A DNA stretch of 64,000 bases from a virus (lineage: Duplodnaviria; Caudoviricetes): positions 2,170 to 66,169 of the IMG/VR virus record IMGVR_UViG_3300003324_000863; one strand, given 5' to 3'. This document shows positions 36,159 to 46,257 of the stretch, piece after piece. The stretch's first letter is position 1; each line of letters begins with the position of its first letter. The notes under the pieces are model-generated. The model had not been told where the DNA came from. It saw nothing but the letters and a program-made list of their open reading frames with translations, and made no database searches. The translations under genes were made by a program, and so were the position numbers.

Positions 36159-36630
36159 CCCGGACCTCGCGGATCCAGTCCCAGATCGTGGCGTGGCGGA
36201 ACACCGAGGGGATGGACGCCGTGGTCTCCGAGTGGCTAGCCTTCCGGTCGATCCGCTCGGCGTGCAGCAGCAGGAACCCCGGGGGGATATCTGCCCGCCC
36301 CGACAGCCGGTAGTCCGAGGACAGGACCTCCTTCACCCGGAGCACCAGCTGCTCGAACGCCTTGTGCCCATCACCATTGTCGAAGCTGAAGATGTGGATC
36401 TCCAGGGGCCAGTCCACCTGCTTGTATCCGCCGAGGCTCGCCCCCTGCCCGAAGCCCCCCGCGAGCCGCGTCTCCTGCACGTTCACGTTGTCCGGGACCT
36501 TGAGCCGGATTGCGGGGCACTCGTGGAGCTCGGGCTCGGGCTTGTCCTCTTCCCAGATCGACACGGTCTTGGCCACCGCGTGCTGGTTCAGGAGCCACTC
36601 CACCGCCTCCATGACGGACAGCTCGCTCAT
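36151..36630 (-). CDS. tail terminator-like protein
   Basis: Size and synteny; CPAI..VKEVLSSDYRLSG. Confidence 0.65.
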   Translation of the reverse strand: MSELSVMEAVEWLLNQHAVAKTVSIWEEDKPEPELHECPAIRLKVPDNVNVQETRLAGGFGQGASLGGYKQVDWPLEIHIFSFDNGDGHKAFEQLVLRVKEVLSSDYRLSGRADIPPGFLLLHAERIDRKASHSETTASIPSVFRHATIWDWIREVRDV

Positions 36631-36773
36631 ATGACCGCATAGTCCGACCGCAGACGACGGTTCGGATCCTGGAGCACGAGGATCGTAATGAACTGCTCGG
36701 CCATCTCGCGGGTATTGAACTCCCCGAGAATCTCATAGGAGTACTGATCACGGACCTTATAGGTCTTAGACAT
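36627..36773 (-). CDS. small hypothetical protein
   Basis: Manual translation MSKTYKVRDQ..; overlaps both neighbours. Confidence 0.5.
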   Translation of the reverse strand: MSKTYKVRDQYSYEILGEFNTREMAEQFITILVLQDPNRRLRSDYAVI

Positions 36774-37341
36774 CCGCCAACCTCGCAAAGATATCTCGGA
36801 CGAGCCGCTCGGGATGGATCATGGCCGGGTTGTCCCGGATCATGTTCCGTACCCGCTCGGCTGCTGGATAGGCAAAGTCATTGGGCTTCACATTCCCCCG
36901 AACGATCTCTCGTGCAAAGTGCTTCTGCCCATCCCGGCCGTAGAACATCAGACGGTTCCGTCCCTGCGGATCGACCAGGGTATGTGGCCTGACGGGTCCG
37001 GGCCGCAGGGGACTCCCCGATGTCATCATGACCGTTCGCGCATACTTCGGTCGGATGATCGTACCACCCTTCGTCCCTTTCAGGATCCACTCGATCAACG
37101 GCTCTGGGAGATCCGCGTAGACCTCGATGACCGCGTGGTCCAGGTCGTTCCAGGTCACCCGCGCCCGGATCGCCCGCTTCACCTGGCCGGCCACCGCCTG
37201 CTTCCGAGGATCGCCGCCGGTGTACTCGGGCGCCTCCTGGACCGCGATCTCCCGGGCCCGCTCCGTCACCGAACCCACCACACCCTCATCGAACACCCCG
37301 CCGGGCGTCGAGGTCTGCGTCAACGTTGCTGTTAGCGTCAT
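36766..37341 (-). CDS. neck / tail-completion protein
   Basis: APEYTG..GTKGG.IIRPK..KPNDF; synteny. Confidence 0.65.
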   Translation of the reverse strand: MTLTATLTQTSTPGGVFDEGVVGSVTERAREIAVQEAPEYTGGDPRKQAVAGQVKRAIRARVTWNDLDHAVIEVYADLPEPLIEWILKGTKGGTIIRPKYARTVMMTSGSPLRPGPVRPHTLVDPQGRNRLMFYGRDGQKHFAREIVRGNVKPNDFAYPAAERVRNMIRDNPAMIHPERLVRDIFARLADV

Positions 37342-38195
37342 GGGGTCAGGATGTAGCCGTGCTCTTGCAGCAGGTTCACGGCTCGCTTGAAGTAGTTGAC
37401 GGGGCGCTCGATCTGGTCCCCGCCCATGAGGTCCAGGCTCGCGATGGTCAGCGTCTGCCGCGTGTGGCTCTGCGCAATGTCCCAGCACAGCCAGACCGCG
37501 GCCCGCCACACCGTTCGGGGAATCTCCGTCACTCGGATCCCGGCCGCATGGTTCCCCGCGAACTGCTCCGCGAAGGTCAGGGTCTTGGTTCCCGCGTTCA
37601 CTGCCGTGACCGTCATCCCCTCGGCCAGGTCGTCCATGACCTCGACCACGTCGCCCACGAGGAACCCGGTCACGTCATCCACCACTGCCGTGCTCGCTCC
37701 CGACGAGACGGGATTGGTGAGCAGGGTGTTGGGGAACCCATTCACATACGTGGCCGTGATCCGCATCGCCTGACTCCGCATGTACTCCCACATGCCGGTG
37801 ACAATGATGTCCCGCCCGTCGATGTAGACATAGTCAATCGGGATGATGTTCACCTGCGTCGGCGCCGCTACCGGGTTGTAGGTCATCTGCGTCACGGACC
37901 GGACGGGTCGGTAGTTGCTGATGAACACGAGCTGGCCCAGCTTGTCCACCATGACCTGGTCCCGATCGGTGGTAATCGACGACTCGGTATCCTCGGTCGC
38001 GCGGAGGACGTACTTCTTCCGACTCGTATACACGTACTTCCCGCAGATATCGTCGACCAGGTCCGTCACCTCCCGGCACAGCTTCACCAGCTTCTGGTCG
38101 GGGGAGAGCTGCGACTCGGGGTACAGGCCGGAGAAGTCTACCCCGCCCGACTCGGCCAGCAGCTCTGCGGGGAGGATGTACGGCACGCTAGACAT
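37338..38195 (-). CDS. head-tail adaptor
   Basis: PYILPAEL..VDDICG..RPVRSV..TYVNGF..IPRTVWRAA. Confidence 0.7.
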   Translation of the reverse strand: MSSVPYILPAELLAESGGVDFSGLYPESQLSPDQKLVKLCREVTDLVDDICGKYVYTSRKKYVLRATEDTESSITTDRDQVMVDKLGQLVFISNYRPVRSVTQMTYNPVAAPTQVNIIPIDYVYIDGRDIIVTGMWEYMRSQAMRITATYVNGFPNTLLTNPVSSGASTAVVDDVTGFLVGDVVEVMDDLAEGMTVTAVNAGTKTLTFAEQFAGNHAAGIRVTEIPRTVWRAAVWLCWDIAQSHTRQTLTIASLDLMGGDQIERPVNYFKRAVNLLQEHGYILTP

Positions 38196-38400
38196 TGCTC
38201 ATTCCTTCGAGGTACGGCTGGAAGTCTTCAGGCCCGAGATCGAGGTTCAGCACCTGGTGCCGGACGATGAAGTTCTCGATGCACGGCGTGCTGCAGTACC
38301 AGAACCGGTACTCGACCGGCGAGTCCGAGTCTGTCCGCAGCACGAAGCTCACGGTCCCATCCTTAGGCACGAGCCGCCGGCACGATTCACACTGGACCAT
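38188..38400 (-). CDS. small Zn-binding protein
   Basis: CESC..YCSTPC. Confidence 0.55.
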   Translation of the reverse strand: MVQCESCRRLVPKDGTVSFVLRTDSDSPVEYRFWYCSTPCIENFIVRHQVLNLDLGPEDFQPYLEGMSNV

Positions 38401-38402
38401 GC

Positions 38403-38660
38403 TCAGACCCACTCGACGTCCTCCGATCCGCACCACTTGCACTCGGGCCCGAAGAGACTCTGGTGTCCACAGGTTAAGCACTTAACGCCAGGGATGTTCG
38501 TGTGGCTGAGGCTCGTCACCTTGGCCGTTACATCCGCGACGTGCCGGATCATCCGAGCGATCGTCGGGGGAACTTCGGCTCTCCCGTCCTGGGCCTCATA
38601 CCTCCGCCCCGCGATATCAACACTCTTGGCGCCCTTCGGAAGATTGACGTTGTAGCTCAT
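38403..38660 (-). CDS. small Zn-ribbon protein
   Basis: CLTCG..CKWCG. Confidence 0.6.
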   Translation of the reverse strand: MSYNVNLPKGAKSVDIAGRRYEAQDGRAEVPPTIARMIRHVADVTAKVTSLSHTNIPGVKCLTCGHQSLFGPECKWCGSEDVEWV

Positions 38661-38694
38661 CGCTTCACTCCGCTCAGCGCCGACATAGGAGGCG

Positions 38695-39186
38695 TCATGT
38701 GAGATCGTTCTCCTCTTCGGGCGCATCGCACCGGATCTCGAAGTTGGACCGGATCCCCCCAGAGGGCAGCCACACCCGTGCCCCCTCGACCTCATCCCCA
38801 GTCTGCACCAGGTACCGAGTCACCGGGCTCAGGCTCCCCTGGTTCAGGAACTGTTCGGTGTAGTAGACCGGGGGCCAGGGGTTCGGACTATCTTTGAGAT
38901 GTCTCCAGTACTGCCGGGCATCCTCGAGCATCCGCCGGAGGGCGATCAGCCTGGCCAGTGCCGCGTCGTACCCATCCACGGGGTCCGGGACGAAGTCCAA
39001 TTGCGCCGACATCTGCACGGCCATGATCCGGGAGTAGGCCAGATCCGATCCGCCCGACCGCCGTTCCCGGAAGATCTCCCGCTTGAGATACTCCTTGTGG
39101 AAGCCATCCGGCGGGAAGATGTACCGGGACGTATCGGACAGCACGATCTCCGAGGCCGTCGGCCCCAGCTTGATGATGCACGTCAC
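38695..39186 (-). CDS. distal-tail-like protein (putative)
   Basis: Directly follows the tape measure gene. Confidence 0.55.
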   Translation of the reverse strand: MTCIIKLGPTASEIVLSDTSRYIFPPDGFHKEYLKREIFRERRSGGSDLAYSRIMAVQMSAQLDFVPDPVDGYDAALARLIALRRMLEDARQYWRHLKDSPNPWPPVYYTEQFLNQGSLSPVTRYLVQTGDEVEGARVWLPSGGIRSNFEIRCDAPEEENDLT

Positions 39187-39232
39187 CGCGTCGTTCTACT
39201 CCGCGCCGATAGGCGACATGATCTATTGTACC

Positions 39233-42200
39233 TTACGGCTGCCCTGAAACAGATCGCCTGGTCTCCATCCGATCGATCTGCCGCCGCTCGGTCCGCCCGT
39301 CCACGACGATGGTGATCTCGATGGGCTGACTCTTCACGGCATCGGAGATCCTGCGCGCACTGCCATCCGTCACCTCGACCGAGACCGCGCGGGAGAGGCG
39401 ACTGTCTACGCTCTTCATGACGTCGTAGATCTTCTGGCTGTCCGTCGCGTCCTTCCGCGCAGCAGCCGAGAGCTCCTTGTCATGCCCCGGGCCGGCCATG
39501 TTCCGGATCACGTCGGCCGTGTACCCATGCAGGTACTGACTGGCAAAGGCATCCGGTGACCCCGCCCCCGACCGCCGGATCAGATCCAGGATGTAGGGCG
39601 TCACGTTCGCCAGGGCCGACTGGCTGACCTGACTCGCTGTCGCGTTCCTCTGAGGAATTGGTACTGCCGCTGCGGCTTCTCTTGCGTAGCGCAGCATGTC
39701 CTGGAAGTCCGGCACGGTCTCGCCGGTCGTGTCCTTCACATCCTGCCAGGCACGGACATTCTTCTCCGCTTCCTCCCGCATCTGGCCCATCAGGTCCAGG
39801 CTCTGCTGCAGCTCGGTGTTCCACTCGGACTGCGCGTCCTTCACCCGGGCCAATGCAGCATCAGAGTCCTCACCTACGAGCGTATGGGCCTTGACCTCCT
39901 GCTCCTGGAAGAAGAGCTGCATCCGTCGATCACTCGCCCGCAGCTCCCGCTCGGCCTGCTGGGTGGCCTGGAGCTGCTCCTGGGCCGCGCGGCGGTTGAT
40001 GTTGGCGATCTGCCGGTCCGTGGCCAGCTTGTCCTTGGAATCCGCGTCGATGTGGAGCTTCTCTTCCAGGGCCTGCTTGTACGCGGCCACCCGGTTGGCG
40101 TTGTCCTCCTGGACCGCGCCCTTGTCGATCTCGTCCTGGATGGCACGGTCCTTGGCCATGGCCTCCTGGATGAGCTGCTTCGCCAGCTTCGCGGCAGCGA
40201 CCCGGTCCTCCTCTTCCTGGACCTGGCGCTGGAACTTCAGCTTCTCCTGCTCAAGCTGGAGCTGCTTCATCGCCTTGTCCCGCTCGGCCTGGATCTTCTT
40301 GTCTTCCTCCGCGTTCCCCGTGAAGTCCACCCGAGAGGCGACGGTGTTCTGGCCGTAGTAGCTGGCGCCGAAGGCCTTCAGGCGATTGAGCTCGGAGTCC
40401 TGGGACTTCTCCTTCAGGTTGTCGATCTGGTCCTGGACGTGCTCGACGAACGCATCCATCTGGTCCTGGACCTTGTCCGTGAGCTGCTCCTGCTTCAGGG
40501 TCTCCTGGAAGCCCTTCACGAACTGGTCGGCCACGAGCTTCCCGCTCTGCTCGAACTGCTGATCTTTCAATCGCGTGTAGATCTGGTCGAGCCCGTCCGC
40601 CTGGGTATCCGCGATCCGCTGCCAGGTCTCGTTGAACGACCCGACCAGGTCATCCTCGCCGCCGCCCATCAGCTCGTGCAGCTTCTCCAGGGCCTGGTCC
40701 ACCTGCTTCGTCACAGCCTCGCCCAGCTGGGCATTCGCGACGTCCGTGGCCAGGGCCATGATCGCCCGGCTCGCCTCTTCCGCTGCCTCTGGGGTCCGGT
40801 CGGCCAGCGCCTTCTGGGCCGCGTCGGCCACGTCGTTGAACCGCTGGGCGAGGTCGGGGAGGTTCGCTTCCCGGCCCTTCTCGATCAGCCCCTGGATCTG
40901 GTTGAAGAGATCCCGCCCCGCGCCCGCGGCCGTCGGCACCCGGATCCCCGTCTCCAGGTCCTCGATCGCCTTGGCTGCCAGCTTCCCGTAGGTATCCTCA
41001 GCCAGCAGATCCCCGACGTCCCCGCGGGCTGCCATGAACTCCCCGATCGCCGTCTGAACAACCTTCTCTTCCTTCGGCTTCTTATGGCTCGGCGGCGGGG
41101 GTGCCGTGACGGTGAGTCCACCACCAGGAGCTGGCGCTTCCCCTGGCGACCCGGTGTCCGGAGCCGATCCCGCTGGGGGTGGAGAGATCCGCCCGACCTC
41201 GATGCCATTGACGTAGGTGACTTGGGACCCGTCCGGGAGATACTCGGTAGTCGTCACTGGAAGGCCCGGTGTGGGCTGAGGATTCGTCCAGTCAGTCCGT
41301 GGTGGCAGCTTCGGGGTATTTGAGCCTCCCAAACCCGCGCCCCCAAAGGGTGAGTTCGCCAGGGCAGCGGCGAGTGGGCCCAGCGCCTCGCGGAACCCAT
41401 CTGCCCAACTCGTTCCAGCGGCCTTCCCCGCGTTCTTGATGGGCTCGTGGTTCTCAGCGAAGGCCTTCGCCGCAGCGGTCGCAACGTCGGTTGCCGCCTG
41501 CGTGGCCTCATCCTTTGCGGAACTCAGCCCCGTTGCGTACGCCGATCCTGCCGCCTGGCCCGCCGCCCGGACCTGGACGTTGGCGCCCTCCATGGAGCTG
41601 ATGACCGTCTGCACCATCTTGACGGTCTCATCCCCGGCGCCCCGCTGCTCGACCAGCTCGTCCCGGTAGTTCTTCAGCTCGCCGACGAGGTCCGAGGTCT
41701 TCCGAGTCTGGTCCTGCTGGGCCGCCACGACGCTCGTCGCCGCTTCCCGGGAGTCCTGGAGGGCCTTCTTCTCGTCGTCCAGGACGGTCTTCTCGTCCTT
41801 CAGCTTGTCGATCTGCTGCTGCATCTGGGCGACTTGCGCGGCGAGGGCCGGGTTTGAGGCGTTGGCGATCACATAGGCCAGGTCCTGCTGCTTCTTCGTG
41901 ACCTCGTCGATGTTCCCGCCGCTCTTCAGCATGCGGTCCAGCTCTTCCTGGAGCTTTGCCACACTCTGCGCGCCCTGGCCCATCAGCGTGATCTGGGCCT
42001 GGATCTGGGAGATCTTGGCCTGGACGACGTCGGACTGCGCCTTGAGCCCCAGCTCCTCCTTCGTGGGCTCCTTGGTCAGGTCCTTCAGCTTGTTCTGGGT
42101 CGCGTCGATCTCCCGCTGCAGATCCTGGAAGTGCTTGACTGCGTCGCCGGTCGAGTCATCCAGGTGCTTCTTCGTCTCCTGTGCCTGGTCGGAGAGCACC

Positions 42201-44608
42201 TTGAAGGCACCGGCTCCAGCGAGCGCACCGGCTGCCAGGACTGCCCAGCCAATCGGACCCATAGCTGCGTTGAGCGCAATGAACGCGATGGCGAGCGCCC
42301 CGACAACCCCACCGAAGAGGAGTGCCCCCGCGATCGCCGCTCGGAACCCGGGGTCGATCTTGGCGACAGCCAGCGCCACCTGCTGGATCCCACGCTCGAA
42401 GCTCGTCAGGATGGGCGCCATCTCCGAGCCCATCGTGGCGAAGATCGCCTGGATCGTGGCGTGCATGCTGGTCCCGGCCGTCTCCAGCTCGTGAAAGCGC
42501 TCGGCCTGCTGCTCGGTGCCAACACCCATAGCCTGGAGGAGCTCCAGGTAGAACTTGATCGGCTCGGCCCCGCCCTGGAAGACCTTGACCAGCTCCACCC
42601 CGCGCTCACCCAGGATCGCCATCCCTCTTCCCAGCGTCTCGTCCGCCTGGCCGGTGAGCTTCACCTGGTCCTCGTGCCGCTTGAAGGCGTCGGCCATCTC
42701 GAGGGTGACCTGGAAGGTGCTCTTCGCCTTGCCCTGGTTGTCGACGAGGCTGATCCCCATGGCGTCGAGGGCCTTGGTCATGTCGTTGACGGGGACCTTG
42801 CCTCGGGCCATCCCATCTTCGACACTGACAATGTCCTTCGCCATCTGTGCCATGACACGGGTGAAGTTGGTCCCGTCTACTCCCGCGCTCCGTGCAGCCA
42901 AGGAGATCGCTCCGAGCTGCTGGGCGGTCATCCCGGCACCCGAGCCGACGACCTCGAACTCTTTCTCCATGCTCTTGAACTGGGCGATCGACTCCGCGAC
43001 CAGGAGCCCGCCAGCGGCAATCCCTGCAACCGAGAGGAGCCCCGGGAGGAGGAACCGCTGGAGCCCATTTGCCCAGCCCACCGATGCCGTGTTCGCCGCA
43101 GTCATCGCCGCCGCGTTCTGCTCCGCCGCACGGGTCGCCAGGTTCATAGCCGCCATGGCAGCGAGGCCACCCTGCGTCACCTTCCCAAGTCCCGTTACAC
43201 CGAACGACTCCGCGGCCCACGCGGCAGCCAGGACCGTGTACCCGACTTCCCGTGCCTCATTACGGAAGTCCCGCATGCCGGCGGCCAGCTCCTCTGGGGT
43301 TTTCCCGACCAGGAAGGACCGATCCCCGGTCGCGGCAGCGCGCAGCCTCCCGAGGTTCGCGGCCTCGTTCATGTTGCTACGGCCATCATCCCCCAGGCTG
43401 GACGTGATCGGCTTGCTCAGGAGCCGGGCGTTGCGCTCCCGGGCCGCGGCCATCTGCTCCTCGTACTGGAGGATCTCCTTGTCCGTGCCAAGGACCTTCC
43501 GGAGAGCGTCCAGTCCATCCTGCTCAGCCCGCGCCGCCCGCTCGGTGCTCTCCCCGCGGGCAATCCGGGCTGCGGCCAGGCGCTGCTCGGTCTCCGTCAG
43601 CTGGCCATTCACGTCCAGTGCGTTCCGGAGAGCATCGATATTCCTGCGCTCCGCCTGGGCCGCCTCGTCCAGCTGGGCAGCCCGGGCTACCCGCGCATTC
43701 AGGTCCTCCTGCCGTTCGACGCGCCCTCCCTCGGGATCCTTTAGGAAGGCACTGCGCTGCTGCTCGAGGACCTTGTTCCAGGCGTCGGCAGCCTGCCCCG
43801 CTTCGCGCTGCTCCTGCTGGAACTGCTGCTCAACATCGCGGGCCGACTGCGCCAGGATACTCCGCTGCTGCTGAAGAGACTTCGACCAGTGGTCGACCAC
43901 TTCCTGGGTGGTCTTCACTTCCCGCTGGACCGCACGGAACCCGTCGACGTCGGCCTCCGATTTCTTGAGAGCGACCTGCATCTGCCCGATCAGCTCGCTC
44001 TGGGCCCTGATCCGTTCACCGTATGGGCCGGAATCGAACTCCGCACCCGACTCCGCGGCGGCCACCCGTGCCTCAGCCATCTCGACCTGGATCTTCCGGA
44101 GGTTCAGGATCTCCTGGGCAAGGACACGAGCTGCCGCTGCCTTCTCCTCCATGGTCTGACGGGTCCGGGCATTCGCGGAGGCGAGGTCGGTATTGGCCTG
44201 GTACTCCTTGTGGAGGGCAGACTCCACCTCAGATGCAGCCCGAACCTCCTGCTCCATAGCCTGACGAACCACGGCTTCCTGGAGGGCGAGCCGTTCCAGG
44301 GCCTTGGTGAGCTGATTGTAGGCTTTTTCAACATCGATAACCGCGTCCTTCGTCGAGCTGGCCATCTGCTTACTCGAAGACCCCGCTCGTCGGGCCGCCT
44401 GCTCCACCTGTTGGACGCCCTCGGACATCTTCCCGAAGGTGGGCATAGCAGAGCCGAGCTGGTCCATCCCTTGCGTCAGGGACGCCAGCTCGGCCTTCAG
44501 CTCTTTGATCGCGTTCCGGGAAAGCTCGACGAAGTCGGTGAAGGAGGCGAGGGCATTCTCACCCCCGCTCGCATCGAGGTCAACGCGGAAGAGGACCTGG
44601 TCTGTCAC
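39233..44608 (-). CDS. tape measure protein
   Basis: 1791 aa, Ala-rich coiled coil with hydrophobic segments; follows the chaperone pair. Confidence 0.92.
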   Translation of the reverse strand: MTDQVLFRVDLDASGGENALASFTDFVELSRNAIKELKAELASLTQGMDQLGSAMPTFGKMSEGVQQVEQAARRAGSSSKQMASSTKDAVIDVEKAYNQLTKALERLALQEAVVRQAMEQEVRAASEVESALHKEYQANTDLASANARTRQTMEEKAAAARVLAQEILNLRKIQVEMAEARVAAAESGAEFDSGPYGERIRAQSELIGQMQVALKKSEADVDGFRAVQREVKTTQEVVDHWSKSLQQQRSILAQSARDVEQQFQQEQREAGQAADAWNKVLEQQRSAFLKDPEGGRVERQEDLNARVARAAQLDEAAQAERRNIDALRNALDVNGQLTETEQRLAAARIARGESTERAARAEQDGLDALRKVLGTDKEILQYEEQMAAARERNARLLSKPITSSLGDDGRSNMNEAANLGRLRAAATGDRSFLVGKTPEELAAGMRDFRNEAREVGYTVLAAAWAAESFGVTGLGKVTQGGLAAMAAMNLATRAAEQNAAAMTAANTASVGWANGLQRFLLPGLLSVAGIAAGGLLVAESIAQFKSMEKEFEVVGSGAGMTAQQLGAISLAARSAGVDGTNFTRVMAQMAKDIVSVEDGMARGKVPVNDMTKALDAMGISLVDNQGKAKSTFQVTLEMADAFKRHEDQVKLTGQADETLGRGMAILGERGVELVKVFQGGAEPIKFYLELLQAMGVGTEQQAERFHELETAGTSMHATIQAIFATMGSEMAPILTSFERGIQQVALAVAKIDPGFRAAIAGALLFGGVVGALAIAFIALNAAMGPIGWAVLAAGALAGAGAFKVLSDQAQETKKHLDDSTGDAVKHFQDLQREIDATQNKLKDLTKEPTKEELGLKAQSDVVQAKISQIQAQITLMGQGAQSVAKLQEELDRMLKSGGNIDEVTKKQQDLAYVIANASNPALAAQVAQMQQQIDKLKDEKTVLDDEKKALQDSREAATSVVAAQQDQTRKTSDLVGELKNYRDELVEQRGAGDETVKMVQTVISSMEGANVQVRAAGQAAGSAYATGLSSAKDEATQAATDVATAAAKAFAENHEPIKNAGKAAGTSWADGFREALGPLAAALANSPFGGAGLGGSNTPKLPPRTDWTNPQPTPGLPVTTTEYLPDGSQVTYVNGIEVGRISPPPAGSAPDTGSPGEAPAPGGGLTVTAPPPPSHKKPKEEKVVQTAIGEFMAARGDVGDLLAEDTYGKLAAKAIEDLETGIRVPTAAGAGRDLFNQIQGLIEKGREANLPDLAQRFNDVADAAQKALADRTPEAAEEASRAIMALATDVANAQLGEAVTKQVDQALEKLHELMGGGEDDLVGSFNETWQRIADTQADGLDQIYTRLKDQQFEQSGKLVADQFVKGFQETLKQEQLTDKVQDQMDAFVEHVQDQIDNLKEKSQDSELNRLKAFGASYYGQNTVASRVDFTGNAEEDKKIQAERDKAMKQLQLEQEKLKFQRQVQEEEDRVAAAKLAKQLIQEAMAKDRAIQDEIDKGAVQEDNANRVAAYKQALEEKLHIDADSKDKLATDRQIANINRRAAQEQLQATQQAERELRASDRRMQLFFQEQEVKAHTLVGEDSDAALARVKDAQSEWNTELQQSLDLMGQMREEAEKNVRAWQDVKDTTGETVPDFQDMLRYAREAAAAVPIPQRNATASQVSQSALANVTPYILDLIRRSGAGSPDAFASQYLHGYTADVIRNMAGPGHDKELSAAARKDATDSQKIYDVMKSVDSRLSRAVSVEVTDGSARRISDAVKSQPIEITIVVDGRTERRQIDRMETRRSVSGQP

Positions 44609-44625
44609 TGGGACATCCTTACCCG

Positions 44626-44910
44626 CTAGTGCGGGAGAACTAGCTCGCCGTTAGCCCGGATCTCCCTCATCTCGCGCATCCACTGCGCATCCTCCGCCGA
44701 CCGCTCGGCTTGATGACTGTCCCTGCTCGCTTGCAAGAGACGGGTAAATGCGTGCATCGGGGTCTTGAGGACGTCCCGGTACGTGTGCCCGGGGTACGCC
44801 TGCATGAACATGCTGATCAGCTCTGACCAGTAGACGCGCTGCTCTCGCTCTTTGACTCCGGGGGTGGGGAGGTCTGGTCGTCCGGGGTCTTCGGGGTCCC
44901 AGTCGAGTCC
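44626..44910 (-). CDS. tail assembly chaperone, -1 frame extension
   Basis: Open -1 frame (..YWSELISMFMQAYPG..) with no convincing start of its own. Confidence 0.6.
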   Translation of the reverse strand, partial: GLDWDPEDPGRPDLPTPGVKEREQRVYWSELISMFMQAYPGHTYRDVLKTPMHAFTRLLQASRDSHQAERSAEDAQWMREMREIRANGELVLPH

Positions 44911-45296
44911 TCCTCCGAAGCCGTCAGCTTGCCCGTGATGATCCCCGCGATCCGCTCGGCCGTCTCCTTCTTGATCTGGCCGGCGCTGGGCGCCATCACT
45001 GCGAAAAAACCGTATGCCCACCCGATGTGCTGGCGGGAGCACTTCTGATAGATCTCGTCCTTGGTCCAGTCGGGGTTCGCCGGGAGGACCAGCTCGGCAA
45101 AGAGGTCGGTCATGAGCCGGATGGCCTTGACCTCATCCCCTGCCTCCATGAGCTTGGTCTCCTCTTTGAGCGCCTCTTTGACCTTCAGCTCGAACTCGAC
45201 GGTGTACATGCTCGGATCGAGGACGAGGTCCTTCCCCTTGACGGCGATCGCAATGGCCACGGGCTGGATGTCGTTCTCGACGGTGATGCGGTCCAT
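44817..45296 (-). CDS. tail assembly chaperone
   Basis: Upstream of the tape measure gene, with an overlapping -1 ORF. Confidence 0.75.
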   Translation of the reverse strand: MDRITVENDIQPVAIAIAVKGKDLVLDPSMYTVEFELKVKEALKEETKLMEAGDEVKAIRLMTDLFAELVLPANPDWTKDEIYQKCSRQHIGWAYGFFAVMAPSAGQIKKETAERIAGIITGKLTASEEDSTGTPKTPDDQTSPPPESKSESSASTGQS

Positions 45297-45310
45297 CTGT
45301 TTCCCTTCCG

Positions 45311-45472
45311 TTAGCTAGTTAATTGTACCGGCTCAGGCTTGCACAGCTTGCACACCCCGAGCGGCCCGACACGGTCCCCGGGCTGCGTGACATACGCCAG
45401 GTTCTCGGCCGTGAGGATGAGGCCACAGCCGCAGCAGGGGGTTCCGAGAACTCGGTTCGCCGCGTCTGGCAT
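45311..45472 (-). CDS. small Cys-rich protein
   Basis: CCGCG..CKLC. Confidence 0.45.
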   Translation of the reverse strand: MPDAANRVLGTPCCGCGLILTAENLAYVTQPGDRVGPLGVCKLCKPEPVQLTS

Positions 45473-46248
45473 CAGATCAACCCCTTTCCACGGGCGATAT
45501 CGAGGTAGGCATTCACTGCCCCGATGAAGGTGTCCCAACCATTCAGGCCCCCGTTCACCCCCGTCCGGACACGCTGCCAGTCCCCTCGCTGCGCAGCGGC
45601 ACAGAGGTCCCGGTCGGTGAAGTAGAGGACGAACACCCGGGCACTCACCTCGGGGTCAAGCGCGAGATCAGGATTAGACTCAAGATCAATCCCAAGACGC
45701 TGGCCATAGTTCCGGTAGTTGGCACGGCCCGTAAGTTGAAGCAGTCCGCGGCCACAGTAGCGAGCACCATCACCAGGATAGACGTTACCCAGATCAGATC
45801 GTCCTTCGTACAGTCGGGTGAAATACGCATCATCTCCGTACTCATGGATGGGCCAGAAGGGCGGGCACTCCACCCGGATCGTGGCCAGTGTAGCGATCGC
45901 GGTGTAGAGATCCGGCGCCCCGGCCTGGGCGAACCCCTGTGCCAGGAGCGGCCACTGGTCCACGATGTTGTCGAGTGGTGCGCCATAGGAGACCGTGTGG
46001 ATCTCATCCGGTGTGAAGTACGCCGTGGCGTCCGAGGGCTCCTGGACCGTGTCGTCGTGCCACCAGTCGGCCTGGTTCTGCGGATCCCCGCCAACACGGA
46101 GGGCCCAATGCGGGGAGTTCGGGTCGTACTCGAAGCCGTCCGGCGGCATCTGCCACCAGGACTCGGGCTGGTTCGGATCCCCCTCCGGATCGTAGTACCA
46201 GCCGGGGCTATTGGCGTCCTCCAACCACCCACTCGGTGGCTGGGCCAT
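45472..46248 (-). CDS. endolysin, GH19 chitinase-like
   Basis: RVEC..IHEYG, DLGN..GDGARYCGRGLLQLTGRANY and VNGGLNG. Confidence 0.9.
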   Translation of the reverse strand: MAQPPSGWLEDANSPGWYYDPEGDPNQPESWWQMPPDGFEYDPNSPHWALRVGGDPQNQADWWHDDTVQEPSDATAYFTPDEIHTVSYGAPLDNIVDQWPLLAQGFAQAGAPDLYTAIATLATIRVECPPFWPIHEYGDDAYFTRLYEGRSDLGNVYPGDGARYCGRGLLQLTGRANYRNYGQRLGIDLESNPDLALDPEVSARVFVLYFTDRDLCAAAQRGDWQRVRTGVNGGLNGWDTFIGAVNAYLDIARGKGLI

Positions 46249-46257
46249 GTCCTTCTC

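Noticed and set aside
3813-38679. CTTCACTCCGC(G)TCAGCG similarity at about 3813 and 38663
   Set aside because: Only two short copies, largely explained by RBS-like content.
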